Assembly: GCA_963706325.1 (NCBI GenBank)
Contig: CAVPLT010000005.1
Span: forward strand, 160,001 to 224,000
Source: an uncultured Nitrospiraceae bacterium
GTDB lineage: Bacteria > Nitrospirota > Nitrospiria > Nitrospirales > Nitrospiraceae
DNA length: 64,000 bases
Direction: 5' to 3'
Part shown: piece by piece, positions 28,443 to 39,020 of the stretch
How the letters are laid out: each line of letters begins with the position of its first letter
Position numbering within the stretch: position 1 is the first letter of the stretch
The notes under the pieces: model-generated
Told to the model about the DNA's origin: nothing
Seen by the model: the letters and a program-made list of their open reading frames with translations, nothing else
Databases searched by the model: none
Program-made: the position numbers and the translations under genes

Positions 28443-30875
28443 ATGCAATCTGACAAGCTTCAGCGTGAAGCGGCCAAGGTCCTGGAATGGGGCAAGTTAT
28501 TAGAGGTCCTCGCCTCTTGTGCTCAGTCGACGGTTGGCGCTGAGCATTGCCGGTCGATGCGTTTGGAGCAAGATTTTACGGAGGCCCTGCTGCGCCAACA
28601 GGAAACGTCCGACATGGTGCTTTTGAGAGCCGCCGTCGATCCCTTTCCACAGCTTCAATTTCCCCCGGTGACTGCATGGTTGGGACGAGCAGCCAAGGGC
28701 GCCTGCTTGGAGGTCCATGAGTTGCGCGATATTGGCCTGGTGCTGGAGCTGATCGAAGAGGTTCAGCGATATCTCTTGCGGCATCAAGCCGACGCGCCGA
28801 CCATGACCGCGATGATCACGCGGTTTGGGCCGGTGGCGGAGTTTCGTGAGTTGTTAGTCGAGCTAAATGCCGCCATCGATCGAGATGGGTCAATGCGCGA
28901 GTCGGCCAGTCCGGAATTACAGCGACTGATGCGTCGCGCGAACGATCTCAAGCAGCACATGCGACATCGTCTCGACCAGATTTTACATTCCCGCCGGTAC
29001 GAGGGCGTCCTGCAGGAAGACTATTTCGCGCAACGAGAAGGGCGCTATGTAGTCCCGATTAAGACCGACATGCAGGGAAAAATTCCCGGCATTGTGCATG
29101 ATGTCTCGGCGAGCGGCGCGACCTTGTTTCTAGAGCCCCGCGAACTTGTCGAGCTCAATAATTCCATCAAGGTTGTGGATCTCGAGGTGGAACGTGAAGT
29201 GCGAAGAATCTTGAGGGAGCTGTCTGCCATGATCGCTCCCCATACGGCTGCTTTGGAAGGGAGCGTGGCACTTCTCGGAGAACTGGACGCCATCTCAGCG
29301 AAGGCGGACCTGAGTCAACGGCTTCATGCGGTTCCCCCACGCCTCAACGATGAGGGCCGCGTGGTGCTTAAGCAGGCGCGCCACCCGTTTCTTGTCCTTA
29401 CCAAAGAGCAGGTGGTGCCGAATGACCTGGTACTGGATGAGACGGTGCGGGTCCTTATCATTTCCGGTCCGAACAGCGGCGGGAAAACCGTCACCTTGAA
29501 GTTGCTGGGGTTGTTTTCCCTCATGGTGCGCTGCGGGCTGCATCTGCCTTGCGCGCTCGAGTCGGAGATGGCCATCTTCCCCTCGGTCTATGCTGATATC
29601 GGCGACGCGCAGGACTTAGCGCGAGACCTATCCAGTTTTTCTGCCCACATCACTCAGATGGTGCAGCTCCTGCGGGAAGTCTCGGTAGAACCGAAATCGG
29701 ACCGTGAGGACAGTCCCCTGCAGGTTGGGCGAGCGCTTGTGCTGCTGGATGAGCCCGTGACATCCACTGATCCCGCCGAAGGAGCCGCGCTGGCGAGCGC
29801 GCTCCTCTGCCGTCTGGCGGCAGGAGGAGTAAAGGTGGTGGCCACGACGCACTACAGCCTCTTGAAAGGCTTGGCCCAAGAGACGCCTGGGTTTGCCAAT
29901 GCAAGCGTGGAATTCAACTTGGACACACTTTCACCAACGTACCGTCTGATACTTGGACAGCCGGGTGGGTCCGCGGCCATCGAGATTGCCGGGCGTCTGG
30001 GGATGGACCAGGCGCTTTTGGAGGAGGCCCGTACGCGCTTGCAGGGAGACAACCGGCTGCTCGAAACTTTGTTGAACGACCTGCAAGACAAACAGCGGCG
30101 ATTAAGCGACGACATGGCCGCCGCGAGTCTGGCGAAGCAGGCTGCTGAGCAGGCTGCGCGTCAAGCACAGGAATTACTGACCTACGTGCAGGAATCGGAA
30201 CGAGATGAAAGGTTAGGGTTTAAGAAAAAACTGTCCCAAGAGTTTCAGCGGGCCCGAGCGGCGGTTCAAACCACTCTCGATGACCTGAAGCGCGATCAAA
30301 CATTATTGAAGGCCAAGGAAATTAAAGTCCGGTTGGTCGAATTGGAGGAGAAAGTCAGGCGGGAGGTTGCCGAATCGCAGGAGCCGATTCCCGTGGAGCA
30401 CCTGTCGGTCGGGGATGCGGTTGAAGTGGTCGGGTTGGGTATGACCGGAACCTTGCTTGAATGCCCCCAAGGAAAAAAACGGGTGCGGTTGAAAGTCGGA
30501 GATGGGGACATCTTAGCTAACGTTGCCAGTTTGACGGGAATCGCACGCTCTTCCCAGCCTGCGCGAAATGAACCCGGCAAAGTAATCCCCGCTCCGCTGC
30601 GGCGAGAGGGCCAGACGCTGGCGCACGAGGATATCCAAGAAACGTTTGATGTGCGCGGCCAGACTACGGACGATGCGTTGGATGTCGTCGTGGCGGGGCT
30701 TGATCGCGCGATTCTAGGTGGAAGCCCCTTTGTGCGCGTCATTCACGGGCATGGTACCGGACGCCTCAGGGCAGCATTGCGCGAATATTTGAAATCGTCT
30801 CCCTACGTCGTGAGATTTAGGCCGGGCGACCGCGCTGAGGGAGGAGACGGAGTCACGGTTGTCGAGTTGCGATAA
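28443..30875 (+). CDS. mutS2: Endonuclease MutS2
   Basis: GIVHDVSASGATLF, GPNSGGKT and LSSFSAH; Smr domain IHGHGTGRLR..GGDGVT. Confidence 0.93.
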   Translation: MQSDKLQREAAKVLEWGKLLEVLASCAQSTVGAEHCRSMRLEQDFTEALLRQQETSDMVLLRAAVDPFPQLQFPPVTAWLGRAAKGACLEVHELRDIGLVLELIEEVQRYLLRHQADAPTMTAMITRFGPVAEFRELLVELNAAIDRDGSMRESASPELQRLMRRANDLKQHMRHRLDQILHSRRYEGVLQEDYFAQREGRYVVPIKTDMQGKIPGIVHDVSASGATLFLEPRELVELNNSIKVVDLEVEREVRRILRELSAMIAPHTAALEGSVALLGELDAISAKADLSQRLHAVPPRLNDEGRVVLKQARHPFLVLTKEQVVPNDLVLDETVRVLIISGPNSGGKTVTLKLLGLFSLMVRCGLHLPCALESEMAIFPSVYADIGDAQDLARDLSSFSAHITQMVQLLREVSVEPKSDREDSPLQVGRALVLLDEPVTSTDPAEGAALASALLCRLAAGGVKVVATTHYSLLKGLAQETPGFANASVEFNLDTLSPTYRLILGQPGGSAAIEIAGRLGMDQALLEEARTRLQGDNRLLETLLNDLQDKQRRLSDDMAAASLAKQAAEQAARQAQELLTYVQESERDERLGFKKKLSQEFQRARAAVQTTLDDLKRDQTLLKAKEIKVRLVELEEKVRREVAESQEPIPVEHLSVGDAVEVVGLGMTGTLLECPQGKKRVRLKVGDGDILANVASLTGIARSSQPARNEPGKVIPAPLRREGQTLAHEDIQETFDVRGQTTDDALDVVVAGLDRAILGGSPFVRVIHGHGTGRLRAALREYLKSSPYVVRFRPGDRAEGGDGVTVVELR

Positions 30876-30982
30876 GGATAAGAGGATGGCGGCCTGCGAG
30901 GGCTATGTGTGAAAGCCTCCATTGGGCGCCAGCTTCCACTGGAGCGACCTCGATCTTGGCAGGATGCCTGTAGCGGCAAGCC

Positions 30983-32926
30983 TTACTCTGCCGCAGTGGG
31001 ACGGAAGCGGAAGGTACAGGTTGTTCCCACTCCTGGCGTGCTCGTCACTGCCAGGTTGCCTTCGTTGTCTTCGACCAGACGCTTGACGTTCGTCAGTCCC
31101 AAGCCGGTTCCATATTCCTTTGTCGTGAAGAAGGGTTCGCAGATCCGTGAGAGGTGATCAGGGGCAATGCCGCTGCCGCTATCAGTGACCTTCATGTGCA
31201 CGTCACCCTGCGCTCCCATGCAAGTTCTCAAGCTCAGTTGCCCGCCTTCCGGCATCGCTTCTCGGGCATTGATCAACAGGTTCATCAAGGCCTCCTTGAT
31301 CTGCTCCGGATCGACTTGAATCGCAGGAAGGTTTTGTTCGAACCGGTGCGTGACACGAATGTGTCCATGTCCCCCCTGTGCCTCCCACTGCCGTTGTGCC
31401 GCTCGCATCACATTTTCTGCGGCGACGACCTTTTTGTCAGGCGGTTTTTGTCTGGCATACCGAAGAAAGTCGTGAATGCGGTGCGAGAGTTTGTCGACCT
31501 CCTCAATGATGTAACGCGCCATTTCCTGCCGGATGGCCTCTTCTTGCGGTCCGTCAAGTATGAGTTGCGCACTGCTCCGAATCACCCCAAGTGGGTTTCG
31601 CAGATCATGGGCCAACGCGGCGAGGAGTTGTCCCACGGACGCGAGTTTTTCTCGTCGAATCAACTCATCTTGTTGTGAGCGGATCGTCCGAAGGTTGTCT
31701 TCCAACACCTGTCGCATGGCCGCAAAACTTGTGGCCAGGTCTTCAATCTCATCTCCCGTATGAAATTCCCGCGGTAAGACAGGGGTGAGGCCGGTGTGGG
31801 TGCCGTGGGGGTGCATGGTCAGCGTGTGGCGGAGCCCCTCTGCGTCACGCTGTAGCGCCGTGAGCGGTTTCACGACACGGTAGCCGACGAGAAATCCGAA
31901 AACGGAGAGGACGAGCACCAGTCCGAAGCCGAGCATCCCGACAGTCACCAGGAGTGAATAGATGGGAGCATACGTTTCATCCGGCGCCTGCCGGATGAAG
32001 GCGTACCATCGATCGCCTCCCAGGCTATTGGGCGTCAATTGATGAGTGAACTGAATCGGCGCGGCCCCGACGATTGCGTCGCGGCCGCCATGCGCATCAT
32101 CCTCTGCAACCAGCCAAAGGGGATGGTCCAAGGTCAGTCGGTTCAGCAACGTGTGGGGAATGAGGTGGGCGGTCGGCGGCAGCACCGGACAGATCAACGG
32201 CGTTCCTTGCGTGTCGAGCAGCATGCCATGACCGGTATTGCCGATATGAATGGGGAGGATCATTTGAGTGAGAAGGTTGCCGCGAATTACGAGGTCGATC
32301 GCCCCGATGGGGGAGCTCTGTGTGTCATCGAAAATTGGAACCGCGATGTGGAAGACCGCATTGTTGGCCAGAGGATCATGCGCCAGGTTGCTGAGATAGT
32401 AAGAGCCAGGAACCGCGCGCATCGCATCGCGCCACCACTCTTGGTCTGCCTGTCGTGGCGGTAGTTGCGGGTCCGTGGAGGCGACGACCAGTCCCTGCTG
32501 ATCGACCAGGGTGACACGCACATAGTGGCTGGACTCGTGTGCCCATTCTTCGAGATACCGGACGGTCGCCGCGATGGACAAAGGCACGGGTTGGTCTCGT
32601 GGCGGTTCTCTCGGTGGTTGACGACGAGTAGCCGCCGTAGATTTACGCTGCGCCCGTTCATTCGCGAGCAGGACCGGTTGCCTGACATGCAGGGGTACAA
32701 GCGCCAGGCGAGTGGCGCGATCGATTTCACTGTCTACCGCCGCGGCGAGGCGAATCGCGGTCGAGCGGGCAATCTCCTGAAAACCTTCTCCGATGGCTTG
32801 TTTGAGACTGATGGTGCTGAAGGCGTAGGTGGCCCAAAGGGCCGCGATGCCCGGCACGATGCCGACTATCAGCAGCGCAAAGAACAACTTTTTCTGGAGC
32901 CCGCCGGTTCGTCGTGCCGGGCGCAT
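30983..32926 (-). CDS. Sensor histidine kinase (Cache-like + HAMP + HisKA/HATPase)
   Basis: Two TMs; AHDLRNPL, NAREAM, DSGSGI and GTGLGL motifs; TGATG coupling to the upstream regulator. Confidence 0.92.
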   Translation of the reverse strand: MRPARRTGGLQKKLFFALLIVGIVPGIAALWATYAFSTISLKQAIGEGFQEIARSTAIRLAAAVDSEIDRATRLALVPLHVRQPVLLANERAQRKSTAATRRQPPREPPRDQPVPLSIAATVRYLEEWAHESSHYVRVTLVDQQGLVVASTDPQLPPRQADQEWWRDAMRAVPGSYYLSNLAHDPLANNAVFHIAVPIFDDTQSSPIGAIDLVIRGNLLTQMILPIHIGNTGHGMLLDTQGTPLICPVLPPTAHLIPHTLLNRLTLDHPLWLVAEDDAHGGRDAIVGAAPIQFTHQLTPNSLGGDRWYAFIRQAPDETYAPIYSLLVTVGMLGFGLVLVLSVFGFLVGYRVVKPLTALQRDAEGLRHTLTMHPHGTHTGLTPVLPREFHTGDEIEDLATSFAAMRQVLEDNLRTIRSQQDELIRREKLASVGQLLAALAHDLRNPLGVIRSSAQLILDGPQEEAIRQEMARYIIEEVDKLSHRIHDFLRYARQKPPDKKVVAAENVMRAAQRQWEAQGGHGHIRVTHRFEQNLPAIQVDPEQIKEALMNLLINAREAMPEGGQLSLRTCMGAQGDVHMKVTDSGSGIAPDHLSRICEPFFTTKEYGTGLGLTNVKRLVEDNEGNLAVTSTPGVGTTCTFRFRPTAAE

Positions 32927-34311
32927 CAGCCTGAAGGCTGCGACAGGTTATGTTTGGCCATACGATACCGGAGTGTGTTGCGTGTGATTTTGAGCAGGCG
33001 GCTGGCTTCCGATACGTTGCCGCCGGTCTTGTGGAGCGCTTCTTCGAGCAGGGTTTTCTCAACTTCCTCAACCGAGAGTCCCAGCGAGAGAAGTGATGGC
33101 TTGTCCGTCGATGCCTCCGGCTGGGGCGAGAGCGGGGTCTTCAGCGACGGCGGAAGATGTTCGGGCGCAATTTCCTCCTGTTTGCACGTGATGGTCAACC
33201 ATTCCACGACGTTGTGAAGTTCGCGCACATTGCCGGGCCAGGCATAGTGTTTCATGAGGGTCATCGCATCGTCGGATACCCGTCGGATGCGACTACCCCG
33301 TTCCCGCCGCGCCCGGTCCAAGAATTGGAGCAGGATCGGTTCGATATCTTCGGGGCGCTCGCGGAGCGCAGGCATGCGGAGTTGGTAGACATTCAGCCGA
33401 TAATACAAATCTAGTCGGAAGCGGCCGGCCTTGATGAGGTCAGGCAATTCCTGGTTGGTCGCGGCGATCACACGCAGATCCACCTTAAGGCTCCGGACAC
33501 CTCCCAGCGGTTCCACCACATGTTGTTCGAGGACACGGAGAAGTTTGGCTTGGGCCATCAGGCTCAGCTCGCCGATTTCATCCAAGAATAGTGTGCCGCG
33601 ATCGGCCAATTGAAAACGTCCCGGCTTGGCTTTCTTGGCATCGGTAAAGGCGCCTTTCTCATAACCGAACAGCTCGGATTCCAGCAGATGTTCGGGAATG
33701 CCGGCGCAGTTGAGGGCGACCATCGGTCCCTGAGCTCGTGGGCTGACGAGATGAATGGCGCGTGCGAGGAGGTCCTTACCCGTTCCACTTTCTCCCGTGA
33801 TGAGCACGGTGGCGTCGGTTTGCGCGACCTCTTGGGCGAGGCGTTTGACAAGTTCCATCTGCTTGGAGACGCTGATCATCCGGTCGAAGCCGAATTGTTC
33901 ATGCAGCCCCGCTCGCAAGGTACGATTGTCTTGAGCGAGTTGTCGAACCTGCAGCGCGCGGGCGATGACGATTTTCAGCTCTTCATTGTCGACGGGTTTG
34001 GAGATGTAGTCGTAGGCGCCCTTCTGCATGGCTTCGACGGCGGATTTCACGGTTCCGTATCCGGTCACGATGAGGACCGGCACGTCGGGCAGTTGTTGGC
34101 GAGCTGCTTCCAGTACGTCCATCCCGGAGAGATTGCCCAATTGCAGATCCGTAATGATCATGTCGAAGGCGTCACGGTCTTGGATGAGGGTGATCGCTTC
34201 GGCACCCGAGCGGGCGAACAGCAGCTCATATCCAGCCGGTTTCAGCACCAGCTCGAAAAGCCGCCGCATCCGATCTTCATCTTCAACGATCAGGAGGGTT
34301 GATGCGTGCAT
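32926..34311 (-). CDS. Sigma54-dependent response regulator (NtrC family)
   Basis: REC domain; GESGTGKD, GAFTDA, LFLDEIGE and WPGNVREL motifs; Fis-type HTH. Confidence 0.95.
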   Translation of the reverse strand: MHASTLLIVEDEDRMRRLFELVLKPAGYELLFARSGAEAITLIQDRDAFDMIITDLQLGNLSGMDVLEAARQQLPDVPVLIVTGYGTVKSAVEAMQKGAYDYISKPVDNEELKIVIARALQVRQLAQDNRTLRAGLHEQFGFDRMISVSKQMELVKRLAQEVAQTDATVLITGESGTGKDLLARAIHLVSPRAQGPMVALNCAGIPEHLLESELFGYEKGAFTDAKKAKPGRFQLADRGTLFLDEIGELSLMAQAKLLRVLEQHVVEPLGGVRSLKVDLRVIAATNQELPDLIKAGRFRLDLYYRLNVYQLRMPALRERPEDIEPILLQFLDRARRERGSRIRRVSDDAMTLMKHYAWPGNVRELHNVVEWLTITCKQEEIAPEHLPPSLKTPLSPQPEASTDKPSLLSLGLSVEEVEKTLLEEALHKTGGNVSEASRLLKITRNTLRYRMAKHNLSQPSG

Positions 34312-34398
34312 GCCGTCGCCTGCGATTGGGAGCAGTCCCCAAAAGAGAACATGCACCGTAGCCTATCACTATCGGTAGGAGAGAAACAGTGGGGCAGG

Positions 34399-35430
34399 CT
34401 ACTGCGGTTCCGCTTTCAGTGGAGATACCGCCGGGGCGCCAGCAGCGGACATCGATTCGTTGGCCAGTGCCCAGGACACATTGCGCTGTAGTCCTGCGTA
34501 TTTTGCGCGACGTAGAGGACTGCGCTTGAACGTAGCGGCGAAAGTCTGTTCGGACATCCCTGCTATGGTCAGCAGTGAGGGCGCCCGCGTGAGTGAAGTA
34601 GGCTGGAAACCCGTTTCGCAGGTCGGCTCCGCCTGCAGGTTGTACGGACAGATATCTAAACAATCATCGCAGCCAAAAATCCGATTGCCCAGCCCTCGAC
34701 GCAGCTCGTCTGCAAGGGGCGGTTCGGCTCCACGGAGTTCAATGGTGAGGTAGGAAATGCAGCGTCCGGCATCCACGACGTACGGTTCAATGATCGCGCC
34801 GGTCGGGCAGGCTTGCAGGCACAAGGTACAGGTTCCGCACAGGTCGGTACCCGCCTCATCGGGCTCTAATTCCAAGGTCGTCAGGATTTCCCCCAACAGC
34901 AGCCATGAGCCGAATTGTGCGGAGACCAAATTGGAATGTTTGCCGATCCAGCCGAGGCCGGCCTGTTGGGCCCAGGCTTTCTCCATGACCGGTCCCGTAT
35001 CGACATAGGCGCGATGAAGGCTGTCTGGTGCCAAGGTGGTGATGCGTTCGGCTAGTTGGCTCAGCCGATCGCCTAGGATTTGATGGTAGTCGATGCCCCA
35101 GGCATAGCGGGCAATGCGCCCATTTCCAGGCCGTTCGTCGGCTCGCTGCTCCGTGTAATAGTTCATGCCGACAGAAATAATGGAACGGCAGCCAGGGAAC
35201 ACCAGGGTCGGATCGGCCCGGCGTTCAGGGTCGCGGGCCATCCAGGCCATGGTGGCGTGAAACCCGCGTCGGAGCCATTCTCTTAATCGACCGGCGAGGT
35301 CCCCGGTGGAAGAGGAGGAATCGTGGTTCGGCAAATGGAGTGGCTTAGCCGGCAGGGAGCTGATACCGACGACATCGAAGCCGAGCTCGCTGGCGGCCTG
35401 CTTAATGGCGGCTGTGAGGGAGGAAGACAT
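34399..35430 (-). CDS. queG: Epoxyqueuosine reductase
   Basis: IARYAWG.DYH, VDTGPVMEK, CGTCTLCLQACPT and FGCDDCLDICPYN motifs. Confidence 0.95.
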   Translation of the reverse strand: MSSSLTAAIKQAASELGFDVVGISSLPAKPLHLPNHDSSSSTGDLAGRLREWLRRGFHATMAWMARDPERRADPTLVFPGCRSIISVGMNYYTEQRADERPGNGRIARYAWGIDYHQILGDRLSQLAERITTLAPDSLHRAYVDTGPVMEKAWAQQAGLGWIGKHSNLVSAQFGSWLLLGEILTTLELEPDEAGTDLCGTCTLCLQACPTGAIIEPYVVDAGRCISYLTIELRGAEPPLADELRRGLGNRIFGCDDCLDICPYNLQAEPTCETGFQPTSLTRAPSLLTIAGMSEQTFAATFKRSPLRRAKYAGLQRNVSWALANESMSAAGAPAVSPLKAEPQ

Positions 35431-35804
35431 TACGGCTTGGAGCAATCGAACCGGACCATAAACTGTCCGGTGCACTGGGCGGAATCGCAACGGGTACATT
35501 GGCCGGTGATGCGGGTCTTCCAATCGGTGGCTTTGGCTTCGAACGAGCAAAAGGTTCGGCCTGCTTTTGAGACGGTCGTCCAGGGTTTCTTGGTGCCGGG
35601 GAAGTGGGCAATGACACATCCGGACGGGATCGGCACCTGACACTGGTGCAGGGGATCACCCTTTGCCATCCCAAAGCTGCAGGATTGTTCGGTGGTCGCG
35701 GAGGAATCAGTCGGCACTTGTGCCTGCGCGATATGGGGGATTAGGCAAAGCGCGAGCGTCATTCCGAGCGGTGTGTAAACCAAGGGACGAATGTGCCACG
35801 GCAT
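35430..35804 (-). CDS. Secreted Cys-rich hypothetical protein
   Basis: SD AAGGAG; signal peptide ending AQA; 8 Cys in the mature part; TAATG overlap with queG. Confidence 0.7.
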   Translation of the reverse strand: MPWHIRPLVYTPLGMTLALCLIPHIAQAQVPTDSSATTEQSCSFGMAKGDPLHQCQVPIPSGCVIAHFPGTKKPWTTVSKAGRTFCSFEAKATDWKTRITGQCTRCDSAQCTGQFMVRFDCSKP

Positions 35805-35984
35805 TCTGGGTAGGCTCCTTTGGAAAGCGGCATGGTAACACAGCCATACCAGCCGCGGCGAACCGCTTCCTACGGCTCCGTGGCATTCCAATCTGGCCAC
35901 CTAATGTCCAAAAACCCCCGGCGTTGTGGGGCCGCACATGGAGCTCCTTCTGCCTAACATGACGACAACGTTGATGCCCATGAG

Positions 35985-35999
35985 TGGCATGCTAGTTGC
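35985..35999 (+). promoter_or_regulatory. Putative sigma54 (-24/-12) promoter
   Basis: TGGCATGCTAGTTGC matches GG-N10-GC, upstream of the REC-PAS gene. Confidence 0.6.
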
Positions 36000-36139
36000 G
36001 TTGCCTTGCTTGCAAATTGGGCGTGCGGACAGGTGTGCAATGGGACAAGGAATACTGGCCCTCAGATTCTTAGGGCCGAATGGCTTTGGGGATAAAAGCC
36101 ACAAGGCTATCACCTCTTCTCGTTCTCACTGGATGCACC

Positions 36140-36910
36140 ATGGCGTACGCAAAGATTCTGATCGTGGACGATGAGGTGGTGGTGGCTGAAGCCATCAGGC
36201 GGCAGCTTCGCTCGCTCGGCTATCTGGTGGTCGGCCTGGTGTCCACCGGAACCGAGGCGGTTCAGATGGCTGCGGAACATCGGCCGGATTTGATTTTGAT
36301 GGACATCAAATTGAAGGGGCCGATGGATGGCATTGAAGCGGCAGCCATGATTCAGTCTCGGTACGCCATTCCCGTGATTTACCTTACGGCTTTTTCGGAT
36401 GAAGAGACTCTGGAGCGGGCGAGACCTACGCTACCGCTCGCCTACTTGATAAAGCCGTTTGTGAGCAGCGATTTGCGCGCGGCGGTGGAGCTTGCGCTGT
36501 TTCGGCACCGTGTATCAGGGATGGCAGAACAGCGGGGACGATGGCTGAATACGGTGGTGCAGTCGATGGGGGACGCCGTCATGACCGTCGATGGCCGGGG
36601 GAAGGTCACGATGCTCAATCCGGCCGCGGAGCGTTTGACCGGGTGGCTGCAGTCGGAAGCCATGGGCAAGCCAATCGAAGCGATTGTGATTCTCTTGGAT
36701 GCTGAGAATAGAAAGCCCGTCATACATCCGGCTTCGCGCGCTCTGGGTATGGGAAAGTCGGCCGACTTGGCACGACGCCCATTCCTGTTGATCAGTCGTC
36801 AAGGGGATGAGCACAGAATTGACGAGACGGTAACTGCGATTTATGATGACAACGGCGATGCGTCCGGACTGGTGATGGTCTTTCGCGTTACTCCCCAGCA
36901 CCGTGTATAG
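36140..36910 (+). CDS. Response regulator with REC + PAS domains and no output domain
   Basis: KILIVDDE..LMDI..YLTA..YLIKP; SMGDAV..NPAAERLTGW..VMVFR. Confidence 0.88.
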   Translation: MAYAKILIVDDEVVVAEAIRRQLRSLGYLVVGLVSTGTEAVQMAAEHRPDLILMDIKLKGPMDGIEAAAMIQSRYAIPVIYLTAFSDEETLERARPTLPLAYLIKPFVSSDLRAAVELALFRHRVSGMAEQRGRWLNTVVQSMGDAVMTVDGRGKVTMLNPAAERLTGWLQSEAMGKPIEAIVILLDAENRKPVIHPASRALGMGKSADLARRPFLLISRQGDEHRIDETVTAIYDDNGDASGLVMVFRVTPQHRV

Positions 36911-37081
36911 CCGACCGAAGTTTCGCGTTTCCACGCCGCCTTCCCGCTGAACTCTGGCAAGCATCCCTGCTCTCTTTTCTCGCACTGCAACGGGCCACTC
37001 AGTATAATCTTCAGAGCAAGCATGTCTCGGCGGTCTGTGCGCTTGATCCACAGAAGACTTGTTCCATTTTTAAAAACGACC

Positions 37082-37675
37082 ATGTTACGAGCCGTTGTTT
37101 TTTTTACGCTACTGTCAGCTAGTTTGATGGGCCCGATTTCCTATTCTATGGCTGTTGCGACGGCAGAAGATGCCGTCGTGGTTCAGCCGCTGAAGGCGCT
37201 TGTCGTGAAAGCGGATCCTGCCGGCGGCGTTCGAGCGACGGCCACACTATTATTTCCCGGCAGCCCGTCCCTGCTCCAGTCTATCCTAACCGACTATCGC
37301 AACTGGCCCCAGCTGTTTGAGACCAGGATGCGATTGGCGAATCTTGAGGATCATGCAGGTCGTGTGATCACGGACCTCTATATTTCCCATGCGCTTCTGC
37401 CCGGCGAGCAGCGGCTGCTCTGTGAATCCCAGACGGTGCCTGGGGGCGGACTCGTCACGGACCTTAAGGGCGGTGATTTTAAGCGCTACCATCGTGTGTG
37501 GAGGTTGCAACCGGCAGCAGATGGAAGTCAGACCAGGGCGGAATTTGAATTGCTGGTTGAGGTGGAAGCCATGGTGCCCGATTGGTTGGTAGCGGTGGCC
37601 ATGGAGCGGGAACTGAATGCGCACTTCCGTATCGTGCGAGAGAAGGCGCTGGATCGAATTACGAAGGAAAAGTAA
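37082..37675 (+). CDS. SRPBCC/polyketide-cyclase-like exported protein
   Basis: Signal-like N-terminus; LTDYRNWPQLF and GDFKRYHRVWRL. Confidence 0.65.
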   Translation: MLRAVVFFTLLSASLMGPISYSMAVATAEDAVVVQPLKALVVKADPAGGVRATATLLFPGSPSLLQSILTDYRNWPQLFETRMRLANLEDHAGRVITDLYISHALLPGEQRLLCESQTVPGGGLVTDLKGGDFKRYHRVWRLQPAADGSQTRAEFELLVEVEAMVPDWLVAVAMERELNAHFRIVREKALDRITKEK

Positions 37676-38837
37676 AGGTGGATAGTTCGGCTTTTTCCAC
37701 CCCTTGCTTGACAAACGCGCTGATTTCCAATCCTCGTTCGATACGATGGATATCCGCCACCGTAGTCCTGGTACTGGGGTGTAACGGTACGAAGAGCTTG
37801 CAACAATCCTGATCCGGCTCAATCGAGGTGGTGAAGCTGCCGAGCCGTTGCGCTTGTTCGGTAATCTCGTTTTTATCCATTCCGATGAGCGGGCGGAGGA
37901 TCGGGAGTTCCGCCGCATCCTCGACTACCGAAAGATTTTCCGCCGTTTGTGACGCGACCTGCCCGAGACTATCGCCGGTGACGAGAGCCCAACAGTTCTC
38001 GCGTCGCGCCAGCTCTTCCGCAATACGCACCATGATCCGCCGATACAACACTACGCGAAAGGGCGCCGGGGCGTACGCGACGATCTCACGTTGAATCTCG
38101 CCGAACGGAACAATGTACAGTTGCGAATGGTATTGGTAGGCCGTCAGCAACTGAACCAGCTCCTGCACCTTTTCCTCTGACGCCCGGCTGACTAACGGAC
38201 GACCCGAAAAATGTACGAAGACCGCTTTGCAGCCGCGTTTGATCATGCGGTAGCTCGCAACAGGGGAGTCAATTCCCCCGGAGAGCAGGCAGGCCACCTT
38301 CCCGCTGGTTCCCACCGGCATGCCGCCCGGTCCCGTTATTTTCCTTGCTGCAAGATGGGCTTCGTGTGTGAGGAGCTCAATATAGAGAGTGAGGTCCGGC
38401 TGTTTCAGTTTCACAGATTTTCCTGTGACCTCACAGAGGTGCCCTCCGATTTCGCGTTCGACATCCATGGAGGTCAGCGGGAAACGCTTGTCCGCGCGTT
38501 TGGCCGTCACACGAAACGACTGAAAGTCCTCTTGTGCGACCAATCGTTGCGCCGCCTCCTTCAGCTCTGATAGGTCGGATGTGCTCAATTCGAGCGGCAC
38601 GGATTCGGTCATCAGGAAGTTTGCGACACCGCAGGTCCGGCGTAAGCGTTCCGAGACTTGCTCAGGCGACACCTGAGCGGGGATCGTAATCCGAATACGT
38701 CCCTGTAAGGACTCGACCCGTCGGATCCGCAAATCCTTCAGCGCCAACCGGAGGTTGCGGACAAGCCGTTGTTCAAAGAAATCGCGGTTGCGGCCTTTGA
38801 GGGCGAGTTCGTGGTAGTGGACGATCGCGCAGCGCAT
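37659..38837 (-). CDS. thiI: tRNA 4-thiouridine synthase (no rhodanese domain)
   Basis: YHELALKGRNR, a THUMP domain, LLSGGIDSPVA and GDSLGQVASQT. Confidence 0.95.
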   Translation of the reverse strand: MRCAIVHYHELALKGRNRDFFEQRLVRNLRLALKDLRIRRVESLQGRIRITIPAQVSPEQVSERLRRTCGVANFLMTESVPLELSTSDLSELKEAAQRLVAQEDFQSFRVTAKRADKRFPLTSMDVEREIGGHLCEVTGKSVKLKQPDLTLYIELLTHEAHLAARKITGPGGMPVGTSGKVACLLSGGIDSPVASYRMIKRGCKAVFVHFSGRPLVSRASEEKVQELVQLLTAYQYHSQLYIVPFGEIQREIVAYAPAPFRVVLYRRIMVRIAEELARRENCWALVTGDSLGQVASQTAENLSVVEDAAELPILRPLIGMDKNEITEQAQRLGSFTTSIEPDQDCCKLFVPLHPSTRTTVADIHRIERGLEISAFVKQGVEKAELSTFTFPS

Positions 38838-38845
38838 GGGTGGTT

Positions 38846-38971
38846 ACAGGATGCTGAAAATGGCCGCCAACTTCGTTCTCGACTCACCACAATCCTCAAC
38901 GTACCGCAAGGGTACGCCTCCGGTTTTGTTTCGTCTGCGGCCTCGTTGGGGGCTCATTTTGAGCATCCTGG
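38846..38971 (+). mobile_element. MITE-like palindromic repeat, copy 4
   Basis: CAGGATGCTGAAAATGGCCGCCAAC ... GTTGGGGGCTCATTTTGAGCATCCTG with internal CTCAACGTACCGCAAGGGTACGCCTC. Confidence 0.85.
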
Positions 38972-39020
38972 GAAGTTACATCTCATAATAGTTAGTCTCT
39001 CAAAATCACCCGACGTCGAG

